NCBI GenBank assembly: GCA_965223545.1
Contig: OZ245006.1
Span: forward strand, 6,336,001 to 6,400,000
Direction: 5' to 3'
DNA: 64,000 bases
Origin: Planctomycetota bacterium
GTDB taxonomy: Bacteria > Planctomycetota > UBA1135 > UBA2386
Below, one piece after another: positions 10,142 through 19,034 of the stretch. Each line of letters starts with the position of its first letter. Position 1 is the stretch's first letter. The notes under the pieces were generated by a model, which saw only the letters and a program-made list of their open reading frames with translations, had not been told where the DNA came from and did not search any database. The position numbers were made by a program, and so were the translations under genes.

Positions 10142-10151
10142 TCGGAGAACC

Positions 10152-10340
10152 CTACCCCGACACCTTCCACTTGCGCTTCTCGAGGTCGGCGCTGAAGCGG
10201 CGTTGGTCTTCCTTGCTGAACATCCGGACCGGCGCGCCGCAGGAGATGCAGTACGAGTGGTTCACGCTCATCAAGTAGCGGACGTAGTCGTTGCACTGCG
10301 CGCACCACTTCTTCTCGTGATAAAAGTCTCGGTTGTCCAT
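10152..10340 (-). CDS. Small 62-aa Zn-ribbon protein
   Basis: MDNRDFYHEKKWCAQC...YCISCG: two CxxC pairs; GGAG RBS upstream; host-like codon usage limited to this part of the longer ORF. Confidence 0.8.
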   Translation of the reverse strand: MDNRDFYHEKKWCAQCNDYVRYLMSVNHSYCISCGAPVRMFSKEDQRRFSADLEKRKWKVSG

Positions 10341-10409
10341 TGAAGCTCTCCAGGTTCGGTTCCGCGCCAGCGTGGAGTCGGGCGTCCCGTGCCGGCCGGA
10401 GAGCATCAG

Positions 10410-10426
10410 AGCAACTCGCTTGCCAA
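10410..10426 (-). promoter_or_regulatory. Sigma54 (-24/-12) promoter
   Basis: TTGGCAAGCGAGTTGCT on - strand: GG-N10-GC spacing, matches TGGCA-N6-TTGCW; about 70 nt upstream of the Zn-ribbon ATG. Confidence 0.6.
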
Positions 10427-10658
10427 CCTCGCTCGGGCGGTTGCGAATTGGTCGTAGATCCCGGTGGGAGCGCGAGTTGCGTGTCTCCCCGCCGGGCTTG
10501 CGGAGACCTGATCTCGGCGTTGTGCGCGATGGACGCTGGCGCCTTGTCGACGGCGCCGTCGGCCGGCCGCGGGCTCCTTGTTCCCATGGTGTCGGATGCG
10601 TGAACGCGAGGGTGTGCGGATACGACACGTTGTGGTGGTGCAACACCGCTACCGGGCG

Positions 10659-11813
10659 TCAGCGAGCGTGGCGCGGCGGCGGCGCATCGTCGGCCGCGGC
10701 GCCGTCGATCGCGCGCTGCAGTTCGCCGCGCACGGCTGGGTCCGGTTCGCGCTCGAGGGCGGTGTGCAGCGCGCGCGCGCCGGGGTCGACGCGACCCAGT
10801 GCCCAGGCGGCGTGGCCGCGGACCACGGGGTCGGCGTCGGCCAGGGCGTTGGCCAGCGCCTCGGCCGCTCCGTCGGGACGCAGGTTGCCGAGCACGACCG
10901 CGGCGTTGCGCCGCAGCCCGCTGCGAGTCGCGCGCCGCATCGCCGTGCCCACCCAGTCCCGCTGGTATTCGTCTTCAGAGAGGGCGAGCACGTCGAGCAG
11001 GGCGTAGTCCTCGACCACGGCGTGCGGCCGTAGATCCGCTGGCGGCGTCGAAGACGGCTGCGCCGCGCGCCCCTTGCTGGTGAACGGGCACACCTCCAAG
11101 CAGATGTCGCAGCCGAACAGCCACTCGGCCTGCGCCGCCCTCAGCGGCTCGGGGATCGCTCCGCGCAGCTCGATGGTGGTGTAGCTGAGGCACTGCCGGG
11201 CGTCGACCTCGAACGGTGCGACGATGGCGCCCGTCGGGCAGGCGTCGAGACAGCGCGTGCAGGTGCCGCAGCTGCCCGCCGCGGGTGGGTCCGGCTCCAG
11301 CGCGAGCGGGGTGAGCAGCTCGGCGAGCAGCAAGTAGGGGCCATGGGTGGGCGAGATCACGCCGCTGCTCTTCGCCAGAAAGCCGATCCCGGCCCGTGCG
11401 GCGAGCGCCCGCTCGAGGACCGGCACCGCGTCGGTGCCCGCCTTGATCGTGCCGAGCGGCACGCCCTCCCGCTCCAGGGCGGTCCGCAGCCGCCGGGCGG
11501 CGCCGCCCAGCGAGCGGTGGTAGTCACGGCCCCGCGCGTAGCGTGCGATCCGGGCCCCGCCCGCCAGCTCCGCCGGCGGACCGCCGTAGTCGCGCGCCAG
11601 CGCGATCGCGCTGCGCGCCCCTGGCGCAAACGCCCGCGGATCGACGATGCGGTCCCGGTTGCGCCGCAGGTAGTCCATCTCGCCGTGCCGGCCCGCCTCG
11701 AGCCACCTGGCAAAGCGCGCGCTGTCCTCGCCCACCTCCGCGGGCCCAAAGCGCACTAGGTCAAACCCGAGGTCCGCCGCCATCGCGCGGACCTTCGCCG
11801 GAGACAGCCCCAT
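10659..11813 (-). CDS. queG: Epoxyqueuosine reductase
   Basis: GRHGEMDYL, IARYARGRDYH, CGTCTRCLDACPTGA, CLSYTTIE, FGCDICLEVCP, C-terminal HEAT repeats; start trimmed to ATG 11813. Confidence 0.95.
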   Translation of the reverse strand: MGLSPAKVRAMAADLGFDLVRFGPAEVGEDSARFARWLEAGRHGEMDYLRRNRDRIVDPRAFAPGARSAIALARDYGGPPAELAGGARIARYARGRDYHRSLGGAARRLRTALEREGVPLGTIKAGTDAVPVLERALAARAGIGFLAKSSGVISPTHGPYLLLAELLTPLALEPDPPAAGSCGTCTRCLDACPTGAIVAPFEVDARQCLSYTTIELRGAIPEPLRAAQAEWLFGCDICLEVCPFTSKGRAAQPSSTPPADLRPHAVVEDYALLDVLALSEDEYQRDWVGTAMRRATRSGLRRNAAVVLGNLRPDGAAEALANALADADPVVRGHAAWALGRVDPGARALHTALEREPDPAVRGELQRAIDGAAADDAPPPRHAR

Positions 11814-12049
11814 CCCCCGAAAGTACGGAGTCCCGCTCGATTTTCTCGCTTCGCCCGCGGCCCACGTCGCGCCCGCCCCCGCGGTGCCCGCCAACCCCGT
11901 CGATACGGGAAATTCGCGGCACAATGGGGTTTCACGGCGCCGATGACCCCGCGGCTGACAGCAGCGGAGGGGTTACTACCGGTGGAACCCCAGCTATGGC
12001 AACATGGTGCCCTGGCCGGCCCCGGTGGCCGGCACGGGTCCCTTCCCCG

Positions 12050-12823
12050 ATGCAGACCCTTCCGTCCACCACCGCCAGCGACCCCGCCCTCTGCGCGCGG
12101 CTGGAGGGGGTCTGGGAGCGCACCGGGCATCCCCGCCTGCGCTGGGTCCTCGACTCGGTCGCCGCGCTGGGGGACGACGAGTGGACCGACTGGGTCTCGA
12201 CCGCGCTGATGGCGTGCTACAAGGAGACCGGGGACGCTCAGGCGTTCGCCCTGTTGTTCGAGCGCAACCGGGCGTCGTTCACGCACGCGATTCTGTCCAA
12301 GGTGCGCCGCTGTGGTGCACAGGTGGACGCCGGCGACGTGTTGCAGGAGGTGTTCCTCAACATCTACCGCTACCCGCACCGGTTCTTGCCCGAGAAGGCG
12401 GACGCGTTCCGCAACTGGGGCCACCGGATCGTCCGCAACACCCTGCTCAAGTTCCTCAAGGGCCAATCCCGGGTTGGCCGGTTCGCCTCGCTCGACGACG
12501 AAGCCGGCGATCGCGAGGACCCGAAGTCCCGTTCCCCCTACCTGTCGGCGCAGCAGGCGGAGTCCGCCGGCATCGTCGACCGGGCATATCTCATCTATCT
12601 GCACCTGTATCTGCAGCACTTCAACAGGCTGTCGGCAAAGGAGCAGCGCGCGCTCACCATGGTCGAAGTCCACGGGGCTTCCTACAAGGAGACCGCCGCC
12701 GCGCTCGGCATCCGGCTCGAGAACCTCAAGATGGTGATCTTTCGCGGCCGTCGAAAGATCTTCCGGGGTCTGAGTCGAACGCTGGATCAGCTCAACGCCG
12801 CCCTTCCGTCAGCCAACAACTAG
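12050..12823 (+). CDS. ECF-type sigma-70 factor with N-terminal extension
   Basis: GDAQAFALLF, DAGDVLQEVFLNIYR, FRNWGHRIVRN, LSAKEQRAL...SYKETAAALGI...IFRGRRK; start uncertain. Confidence 0.85.
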   Translation: MQTLPSTTASDPALCARLEGVWERTGHPRLRWVLDSVAALGDDEWTDWVSTALMACYKETGDAQAFALLFERNRASFTHAILSKVRRCGAQVDAGDVLQEVFLNIYRYPHRFLPEKADAFRNWGHRIVRNTLLKFLKGQSRVGRFASLDDEAGDREDPKSRSPYLSAQQAESAGIVDRAYLIYLHLYLQHFNRLSAKEQRALTMVEVHGASYKETAAALGIRLENLKMVIFRGRRKIFRGLSRTLDQLNAALPSANN

Positions 12824-12839
12824 TCCTCGGTCTGTCTCG

Positions 12840-13937
12840 ATGAAGTCTCCTTTCCCGTTCTCTGGCGCGGGCGCCGGTGGTCCGCACACCGACGAGTCGC
12901 GTCGCGCGCCGCATGCGGTGGGGCGCGATGATGCGCCGTGTGAGCGGATCCAGCTCGACCTGTCGGCGATGATCGACGGTGAGTTGGACCCCTCTGCCGT
13001 GCGCCGCGTGTTGGTGCACGCGGATGCGTGTCCCGCATGCCGCGGCTTCCTCAACGGCATCCGCGGCCAGCTGCGCGCGCACCGCGCGATCGCCGGGGTC
13101 GAGCCCCGTGCGGATGGGGCAGAGTGGGATGACGGCTGGGGCGACGTGCCGGATCGCACGCATCAGATCCGCGACCGGCTGCTGCACAACCGCCGCCAGA
13201 TGGCGCGCATTTTGTACACTCTCGGTCGCAGTCACGTGCTGATGGGCACCTCGCCCGCGTTCACCCGCGAGGTGGCCGAGGAGCCGGTGCCGATCCCCGA
13301 CGTCGAGCAGCGGGGGCGGGCGCTGTTGGCCGAGCTCGAGTGCTACGGCCCCGAGGTCGAATGGGTGCCGGCCAAAGAGCTGTTCGCCTCGCACGGCGAG
13401 CGGAGCGCCAGCGACAACCTCGCGCGCGGAATGCGTCTGCTGCGCGAGGCGCTGCAACTCGATGCCGACTTGCACGAGGCGCGGATCTATCTCGGCCACG
13501 CCCTGCATATCTTCGGCGAGCGCGACGAGGCGAGGGACGAGTTCGCCCGCGTGCTGCGCCACGCCAGCGACGCGCTGGTAATCGGCTTCGCCACGATCAA
13601 CCTCGGCAATGTCTTCCTCGAGGAAGGCGATGTTGCCGCGTCGATTCCCTATTTCGAGCGCGTCGTCGAGCTCGGTCTCGTGGCGGCTGAGCCCCGGTTC
13701 TTCACGGCCTACTTCAACCTGGCGCTGGCCCACGGCTTGCTGGCCAGGTTTGATTCCGCCGAGCGGTGGTTCCACCGTCTCTACGACGAGTTCCCGCACA
13801 AGCGCCGGCTGGTGGGGATCGAGATCGGCAAGCGCCGCTTGTTGGGCGCGGCGATCGACCGGCGCGCGGGGCAGCGACAACGCTGGGCGGCCGCGTTCCC
13901 GGAGTGGTTTTCGGTTGCAGGTGAGGTGCAGCAGTGA
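12840..13937 (+). CDS. Putative anti-sigma factor: zf-HC2 domain plus TPR repeats
   Basis: CERIQLDLSAMIDGEL...HADACPAC (HxxxCxxC); TPR-like ARIYLGHAL, INLGNVFL, YFNLALAH; follows the sigma gene. Confidence 0.85.
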   Translation: MKSPFPFSGAGAGGPHTDESRRAPHAVGRDDAPCERIQLDLSAMIDGELDPSAVRRVLVHADACPACRGFLNGIRGQLRAHRAIAGVEPRADGAEWDDGWGDVPDRTHQIRDRLLHNRRQMARILYTLGRSHVLMGTSPAFTREVAEEPVPIPDVEQRGRALLAELECYGPEVEWVPAKELFASHGERSASDNLARGMRLLREALQLDADLHEARIYLGHALHIFGERDEARDEFARVLRHASDALVIGFATINLGNVFLEEGDVAASIPYFERVVELGLVAAEPRFFTAYFNLALAHGLLARFDSAERWFHRLYDEFPHKRRLVGIEIGKRRLLGAAIDRRAGQRQRWAAAFPEWFSVAGEVQQ

Positions 13938-14338
13938 TGAGTGGGACCTTGTTGCGTGTGTTCGCGTTCTCGCTCGCCGCGCTGCTGTGGGGCGTCTCCG
14001 TGCCGGCGGGCGCGGGTGGCGAGGGCGGCTGGGTCGTCACGCCGCGGATGTCGTCGAGCGCGAGCCCGCGATTGTTGCAGCGCGCACCGATGGCGACTGG
14101 CCTCCGCCTCGAGCTGCCCGGCAGTGGTTGGGTGGTGGACGTCTCGATGCCCGAAGTCGGCGTCGTCGCGCGGTTCCCGGTCGAGGGGCGGCAGCTGGTG
14201 GTGCCCGGCGGCGTTCTGACCCAGCTGGCAGCGGCGGGAGTGCGCCAGTTCGAGCTGAGTGGCTTGGGCGTGGACGGCGCCGCCTGGCGGGTCCGCGTCG
14301 AGCTCGACGTCTCGGAGCTGGCGATCTCGGCGTTCTGA
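13934..14338 (+). CDS. Small secreted hypothetical protein
   Basis: Signal-peptide-like N-terminus; start overlaps the anti-sigma stop codon. Confidence 0.6.
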   Translation: MMSGTLLRVFAFSLAALLWGVSVPAGAGGEGGWVVTPRMSSSASPRLLQRAPMATGLRLELPGSGWVVDVSMPEVGVVARFPVEGRQLVVPGGVLTQLAAAGVRQFELSGLGVDGAAWRVRVELDVSELAISAF

Positions 14339-14459
14339 CCGCTTGTGATCGAGAGCGGGCGGCGGTCCCGGCCATTTTGCGTGTGGTGCGCTCTGCGTCT
14401 CGCAGGGCGCGCGCTCCCTCGGCCTCTGGATCGAGAGCTCGCGGGGCCGCCCGCAGCTC

Positions 14460-16492
14460 GCCGAGTAGCCGCGGGGGGTTGCCCCCCCGCAGCTCTCACA
14501 GAACCGGACTTGTGGGTCACACATCCGGCTCTTCAGGACGGTATCCCCCAAAGGGGCCGCCAGTCGTAGCGGCGCTCGTCCCAGAGCTTGGAAAGCGACA
14601 CCAGCCGCTCAGCAAACCACTGATTGGGATAAGCGCGTTTGATCGCTCCCGAGTTGCTCTGCCACCACGTGCCACGCCGGCCAAACGCGGTGCGTGCAGC
14701 CGACTGCCAGCTGCACCCACGGGCGACAAGGTCTCGGAAGAGGTATCGCGGTCTCTTCTTCTGCCGAATGATGATCGCCCGCAGGCGTCGTCGAATATGG
14801 CCATCGAGATTCCGCAAGGTCCGCCACGCGGCCTTCGTGATCAGCTTGAAGTAGCCGATCCAACCACGGAGGTAACGGTTCAGTCGTTCGATGCACCAGG
14901 ACAGCCGACCACCCCAGGACCGCGGCGTAAGCTCACGGATTCGGGCGTCGATGCGATCCAGAGTGCGACGGGACAACTGCACCGTCAGCCAGCCCTTTCG
15001 AGTTGCGCCTACGCGAAACCCGAGGAAGTGCCGGCGATGGGCCAGGTCGACGGAACTCTTCGCTTCGTTCACTTTCAGTCGCACGCGACGTTCGATGAAC
15101 CTGCGAATCGAAGCCATGACCCGGTGTCCTGAGCGCTCGCTACCGACGTAGATATTGCAGTCGTCGGCGTAGCGCACAAAACGCAACCCGCGTCGTTCCA
15201 ACTCCCAGTCCAGTTCGTCCAGGACGATGTTGGACAGCAGAGGTGATAGCGGGCCGCCCTGGGGCGTTCCTTCTTCCGTGATGACGCGGGTGCCATCTGG
15301 AAGAACCACGTTCGCTTTCAGCATCAGGCGGATGATCCGCAGCACCCGACGGTCCTTCACCTTCTGAGCCAGCCGGTCCAGGAGGCGTTGGTGATGGACA
15401 CGGTCGAAGAACTTCTCCAAATCGATGTCCACCGTGTACCGCCGACCCTGCTTCACGTAACCCGCTGCTTCGGCGATCGCTGTGTGGGCTCCCCGCCTCG
15501 GCCGGAAGCCGTGGCTGCTGTCGTGGAACGTCGGGTCGTAGATCGGCTCCAGAATCTGGCGCACGGCCTGTTGGACCCAGCGGTCGATCACGGTTGGAAT
15601 CCCGAGACCCCGCTGCCCACCACTGGGCTTCGGGATCCACACCCGACGAATATCGCCGGGCGCGTAGGTCTCCATGAGCAGAGCATCGCGGAGTTTCGGG
15701 AGCAGGTGTTTCGCATGACGCTTGACCTCTGACACCGTCTGTCCGTCGACGCCCGGGGCGCCCTTCTTGCTTACGACATGTGCCAGTGCGCTTCGCAGGT
15801 TGCCCTGCTCCGCGACCAGCTCCAGCAGATGGCAGTAGCCGTCCGCTGGCGGCGGAGCCGATTCCGATCGATGGCTGCAATCCGTCGTAGGCACCGACGT
15901 GGACTTCGTGGCAGATTCGTCTGCCCTTCCGGCCACGCCGTCCCCTTGCGGGCTCTCGGCGAAAGCGAACTGCAGTTGCCGTGGTTTCGGCTTTCTCATC
16001 CTGTCACCCCCTTCGCTCCACCGGCATTACCCGGCTTCATCACTACTACGGGGTGATCCGACTTCTCTGCATGCCTTGGTGGGTCGTCGTTGCCTCCTCC
16101 CCACCTACCGCTCGAAGCGGACACACAGAGATCTCCCTGGGTAAGAACGCAGAGTTTCGCGCCGCCGCCGGTTCCAGTACTCCGAGGTCGCGACTGGATA
16201 TCGGGCGTCACGTTGGATGGCACGCTGACCCAGACCTCGAGAGCCTTACGGAACTTCGCTTTCGCTCGGTGCTGCGCTGCGTCTAGGGCTTCCATCCCAC
16301 ACGACCTCGCGGGAACAGCACGGCACGGTGTCCGTCCTGTTCTGGCATCCCGGATCAACACCGCGCACCGCCCTCTCGGACGGCACACGGCTCCCCTTTC
16401 TGCCTCGTGCAGCTGCCTTCGACTCATGGTTTCCTCCAGTACGGATCCATAAAGAACTTTCATCTTCAACTCTGCGCCCATGCCAGGCGCAA
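14460..16492 (-). mobile_element. Group II intron, copy 1 (2033 bp)
   Basis: 5' TTGCGCCTGGCATGGGCGC; DV GAGCCGGATGTG..CACAAGTCCGGTTC; DVI ending CTACTCGGC; ends fixed by three-copy comparison and by restoration of the target palindrome. Confidence 0.93.
14533..15999 (-). CDS. ltrA: Group II intron reverse transcriptase/maturase (class C-like, no HNH endonuclease)
   Basis: GAPGVDG, IPKPSGGQRGLGIPTVIDR, SHGFRP, DLEKFFD, GTPQGGPLSPLLSNI, RYADD, LNRYLRGWIGYF. Confidence 0.97.
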   Translation of the reverse strand: MRKPKPRQLQFAFAESPQGDGVAGRADESATKSTSVPTTDCSHRSESAPPPADGYCHLLELVAEQGNLRSALAHVVSKKGAPGVDGQTVSEVKRHAKHLLPKLRDALLMETYAPGDIRRVWIPKPSGGQRGLGIPTVIDRWVQQAVRQILEPIYDPTFHDSSHGFRPRRGAHTAIAEAAGYVKQGRRYTVDIDLEKFFDRVHHQRLLDRLAQKVKDRRVLRIIRLMLKANVVLPDGTRVITEEGTPQGGPLSPLLSNIVLDELDWELERRGLRFVRYADDCNIYVGSERSGHRVMASIRRFIERRVRLKVNEAKSSVDLAHRRHFLGFRVGATRKGWLTVQLSRRTLDRIDARIRELTPRSWGGRLSWCIERLNRYLRGWIGYFKLITKAAWRTLRNLDGHIRRRLRAIIIRQKKRPRYLFRDLVARGCSWQSAARTAFGRRGTWWQSNSGAIKRAYPNQWFAERLVSLSKLWDERRYDWRPLWGIPS

Positions 16493-16764
16493 CATCACCA
16501 TCAGCGCCGGTCCAAGACGAGGCACAGGGTGCGACCGACGCCGATGGTGACGGAGCTGCGGGCGGCGGTCCCGGTGCGTGATGGGTAGGAGTGCAGCTCG
16601 GGCGCCTGAGCCGCAGGTCGCGGACTCAAGAGCGGGTTGTTTCGTCGCGGAGTGGTGCGCACTCGCTTCAGCTCTGGAGCTGGAGGTGGTGTGAGCTCTG
16701 GGGCTCGCAGAGCGCGCGCTCCCTCGGCCTCTGGATCTAGAGCTCGCGGGGCCGCCCGCAGCTC

Positions 16765-18797
16765 GCCGAGTAGCCGCGGGGGGTTGCCCCCCCGCAGCTC
16801 TCACAGAACCGGACTTGTGGGTCACACATCCGGCTCTTCAGGACGGTATCCCCCAAAGGGGCCGCCAGTCGTAACGGCGCTCGTCCCAGAGCTTGGAAAG
16901 CGACACCAGCCGCTCAGCAAACCACTGATTGGGATAAGCGCGTTTGATCGCTCCCGAGTTGCTCTGCCACCACGTGCCACGCCGGCCAAACGCGGTGCGT
17001 GCAGCCGACTGCCAGCTGCACCCACGGGCGACAAGGTCTCGGAAGAGGTATCGCGGTCTCTTCTTCTGCCGAATGATGATCGCCCGCAGGCGTCGTCGAA
17101 TATGGCCATCGAGATTCCGCAAGGTCCGCCACGCGGCCTTCGTGATCAGCTTGAAGTAGCCGATCCAACCACGGAGGTAACGGTTCAGTCGTTCGATGCA
17201 CCAGGACAGCCGACCACCCCAGGACCGCGGCGTAAGCTCACGGATTCGGGCGTCGATGCGATCCAGAGTGCGACGGGACAACTGCACCGTCAGCCAGCCC
17301 TTTCGAGTTGCGCCTACGCGAAACCCGAGGAAGTGCCGGCGATGGGCCAGGTCGACGGAACTCTTCGCTTCGTTCACTTTCAGTCGCACGCGACGTTCGA
17401 TGAACCTGCGAATCGAAGCCATGACCCGGTGTCCTGAGCGCTCGCTACCGACGTAGATATTGCAGTCGTCGGCGTAGCGCACAAAACGCAACCCGCGTCG
17501 TTCCAACTCCCAGTCCAGTTCGTCCAGGACGATGTTGGACAGCAGAGGTGATAGCGGGCCGCCCTGGGGCGTTCCTTCTTCCGTGATGACGCGGGTGCCA
17601 TCTGGAAGAACCACGTTCGCTTTCAGCATCAGGCGGATGATCCGCAGCACCCGACGGTCCTTCACCTTCTGAGCCAGCCGGTCCAGGAGGCGTTGGTGAT
17701 GGACACGGTCGAAGAACTTCTCCAAATCGATGTCCACCGTGTACCGCCGACCCTGCTTCACGTAACCCGCTGCTTCGGCGATCGCTGTGTGGGCTCCCCG
17801 CCTCGGCCGGAAGCCGTGGCTGCTGTCGTGGAACGTCGGGTCGTAGATCGGCTCCAGAATCTGGCGCACGGCCTGTTGGACCCAGCGGTCGATCACGGTT
17901 GGAATCCCGAGACCCCGCTGCCCACCACTGGGCTTCGGGATCCACACCCGACGAATATCGCCGGGCGCGTAGGTCTCCATGAGCAGAGCATCGCGGAGTT
18001 TCGGGAGCAGGTGTTTCGCATGACGCTTGACCTCTGACACCGTCTGTCCGTCGACGCCCGGGGCGCCCTTCTTGCTTACGACATGTGCCAGTGCGCTTCG
18101 CAGGTTGCCCTGCTCCGCGACCAGCTCCAGCAGATGGCAGTAGCCGTCCGCTGGCGGCGGAGCCGATTCCGATCGATGGCTGCAATCCGTCGTAGGCACC
18201 GACGTGGACTTCGTGGCAGATTCGTCTGCCCTTCCGGCCACGCCGTCCCCTTGCGGGCTCTCGGCGAAAGCGAACTGCAGTTGCCGTGGTTTCGGCTTTC
18301 TCATCCTGTCACCCCCTTCGCTCCACCGGCATTACCCGGCTTCATCACTACTACGGGGTGATCCGACTTCTCTGCATGCCTTGGTGGGTCGTCGTTGCCT
18401 CCTCCCCACCTACCGCTCGAAGCGGACACACAGAGATCTCCCTGGGTAAGAACGCAGAGTTTCGCGCCGCCGCCGATTCCAGTACTCCGAGGTCGCGACT
18501 GGATATCGGGCGTCACGTTGGATGGCACGCTGACCCAGACCTCGAGAGCCTTACGGAACTTCGCTTTCGCTCGGTGCTGCGCTGCGTCTAGGGCTTCCAT
18601 CCCACACGACCTCGCGGGAACAGCACGGCACGGTGTCCGTCCTGTTCTGGCATCCCGGATCAACACCGCGCACCGCCCTCTCGGACGGCACACGGCTCCC
18701 CTTTCTGCCTCGTGCAGCTGCCTTCGACTCATGGTTTCCTCCAGTACGGATCCATAAAGAACTTTCATCTTCAACTCTGCGCCCATGCCAGGCGCAA
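16765..18797 (-). mobile_element. Group II intron, copy 2 (2033 bp)
   Basis: Direct repeat of copy 1 at a 2305-bp offset; only two differences noticed by eye (16874, 18476). Confidence 0.93.
16838..18304 (-). CDS. ltrA: Group II intron reverse transcriptase/maturase
   Basis: Protein identical to the copy-1 RT in the ORF track. Confidence 0.97.
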   Translation of the reverse strand: MRKPKPRQLQFAFAESPQGDGVAGRADESATKSTSVPTTDCSHRSESAPPPADGYCHLLELVAEQGNLRSALAHVVSKKGAPGVDGQTVSEVKRHAKHLLPKLRDALLMETYAPGDIRRVWIPKPSGGQRGLGIPTVIDRWVQQAVRQILEPIYDPTFHDSSHGFRPRRGAHTAIAEAAGYVKQGRRYTVDIDLEKFFDRVHHQRLLDRLAQKVKDRRVLRIIRLMLKANVVLPDGTRVITEEGTPQGGPLSPLLSNIVLDELDWELERRGLRFVRYADDCNIYVGSERSGHRVMASIRRFIERRVRLKVNEAKSSVDLAHRRHFLGFRVGATRKGWLTVQLSRRTLDRIDARIRELTPRSWGGRLSWCIERLNRYLRGWIGYFKLITKAAWRTLRNLDGHIRRRLRAIIIRQKKRPRYLFRDLVARGCSWQSAARTAFGRRGTWWQSNSGAIKRAYPNQWFAERLVSLSKLWDERRYDWRPLWGIPS

Positions 18798-19034
18798 CAT
18801 CACCATCAGCGCCGGTCCAAGGCGAGGCACAGGGTGCGACCGACGCCGATGGTGACGGAGCTGCGGGCGGCGGTCCCGGTCGTGATGGGTAGGAGAGCAG
18901 CTCGGGCGCCTGAGCCGCAGGTCGCGGAATCAAGAGCGGGTGTTTCGTCGCGGAGTGGCGCGCACTCGCTTCAGCTCCGTCACCGTCGGCGGCGGTCGCA
19001 CCCCGTGCCTCGTCTTGGACCGCCGTCGTCGGTG

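Noticed and set aside
14446..19034. Integron attC cassette array as the intron target
   Set aside because: The hairpins lack RYYYAAC...GTTRRRY ends, there are no cassette ORFs between them, and no integron integrase is present
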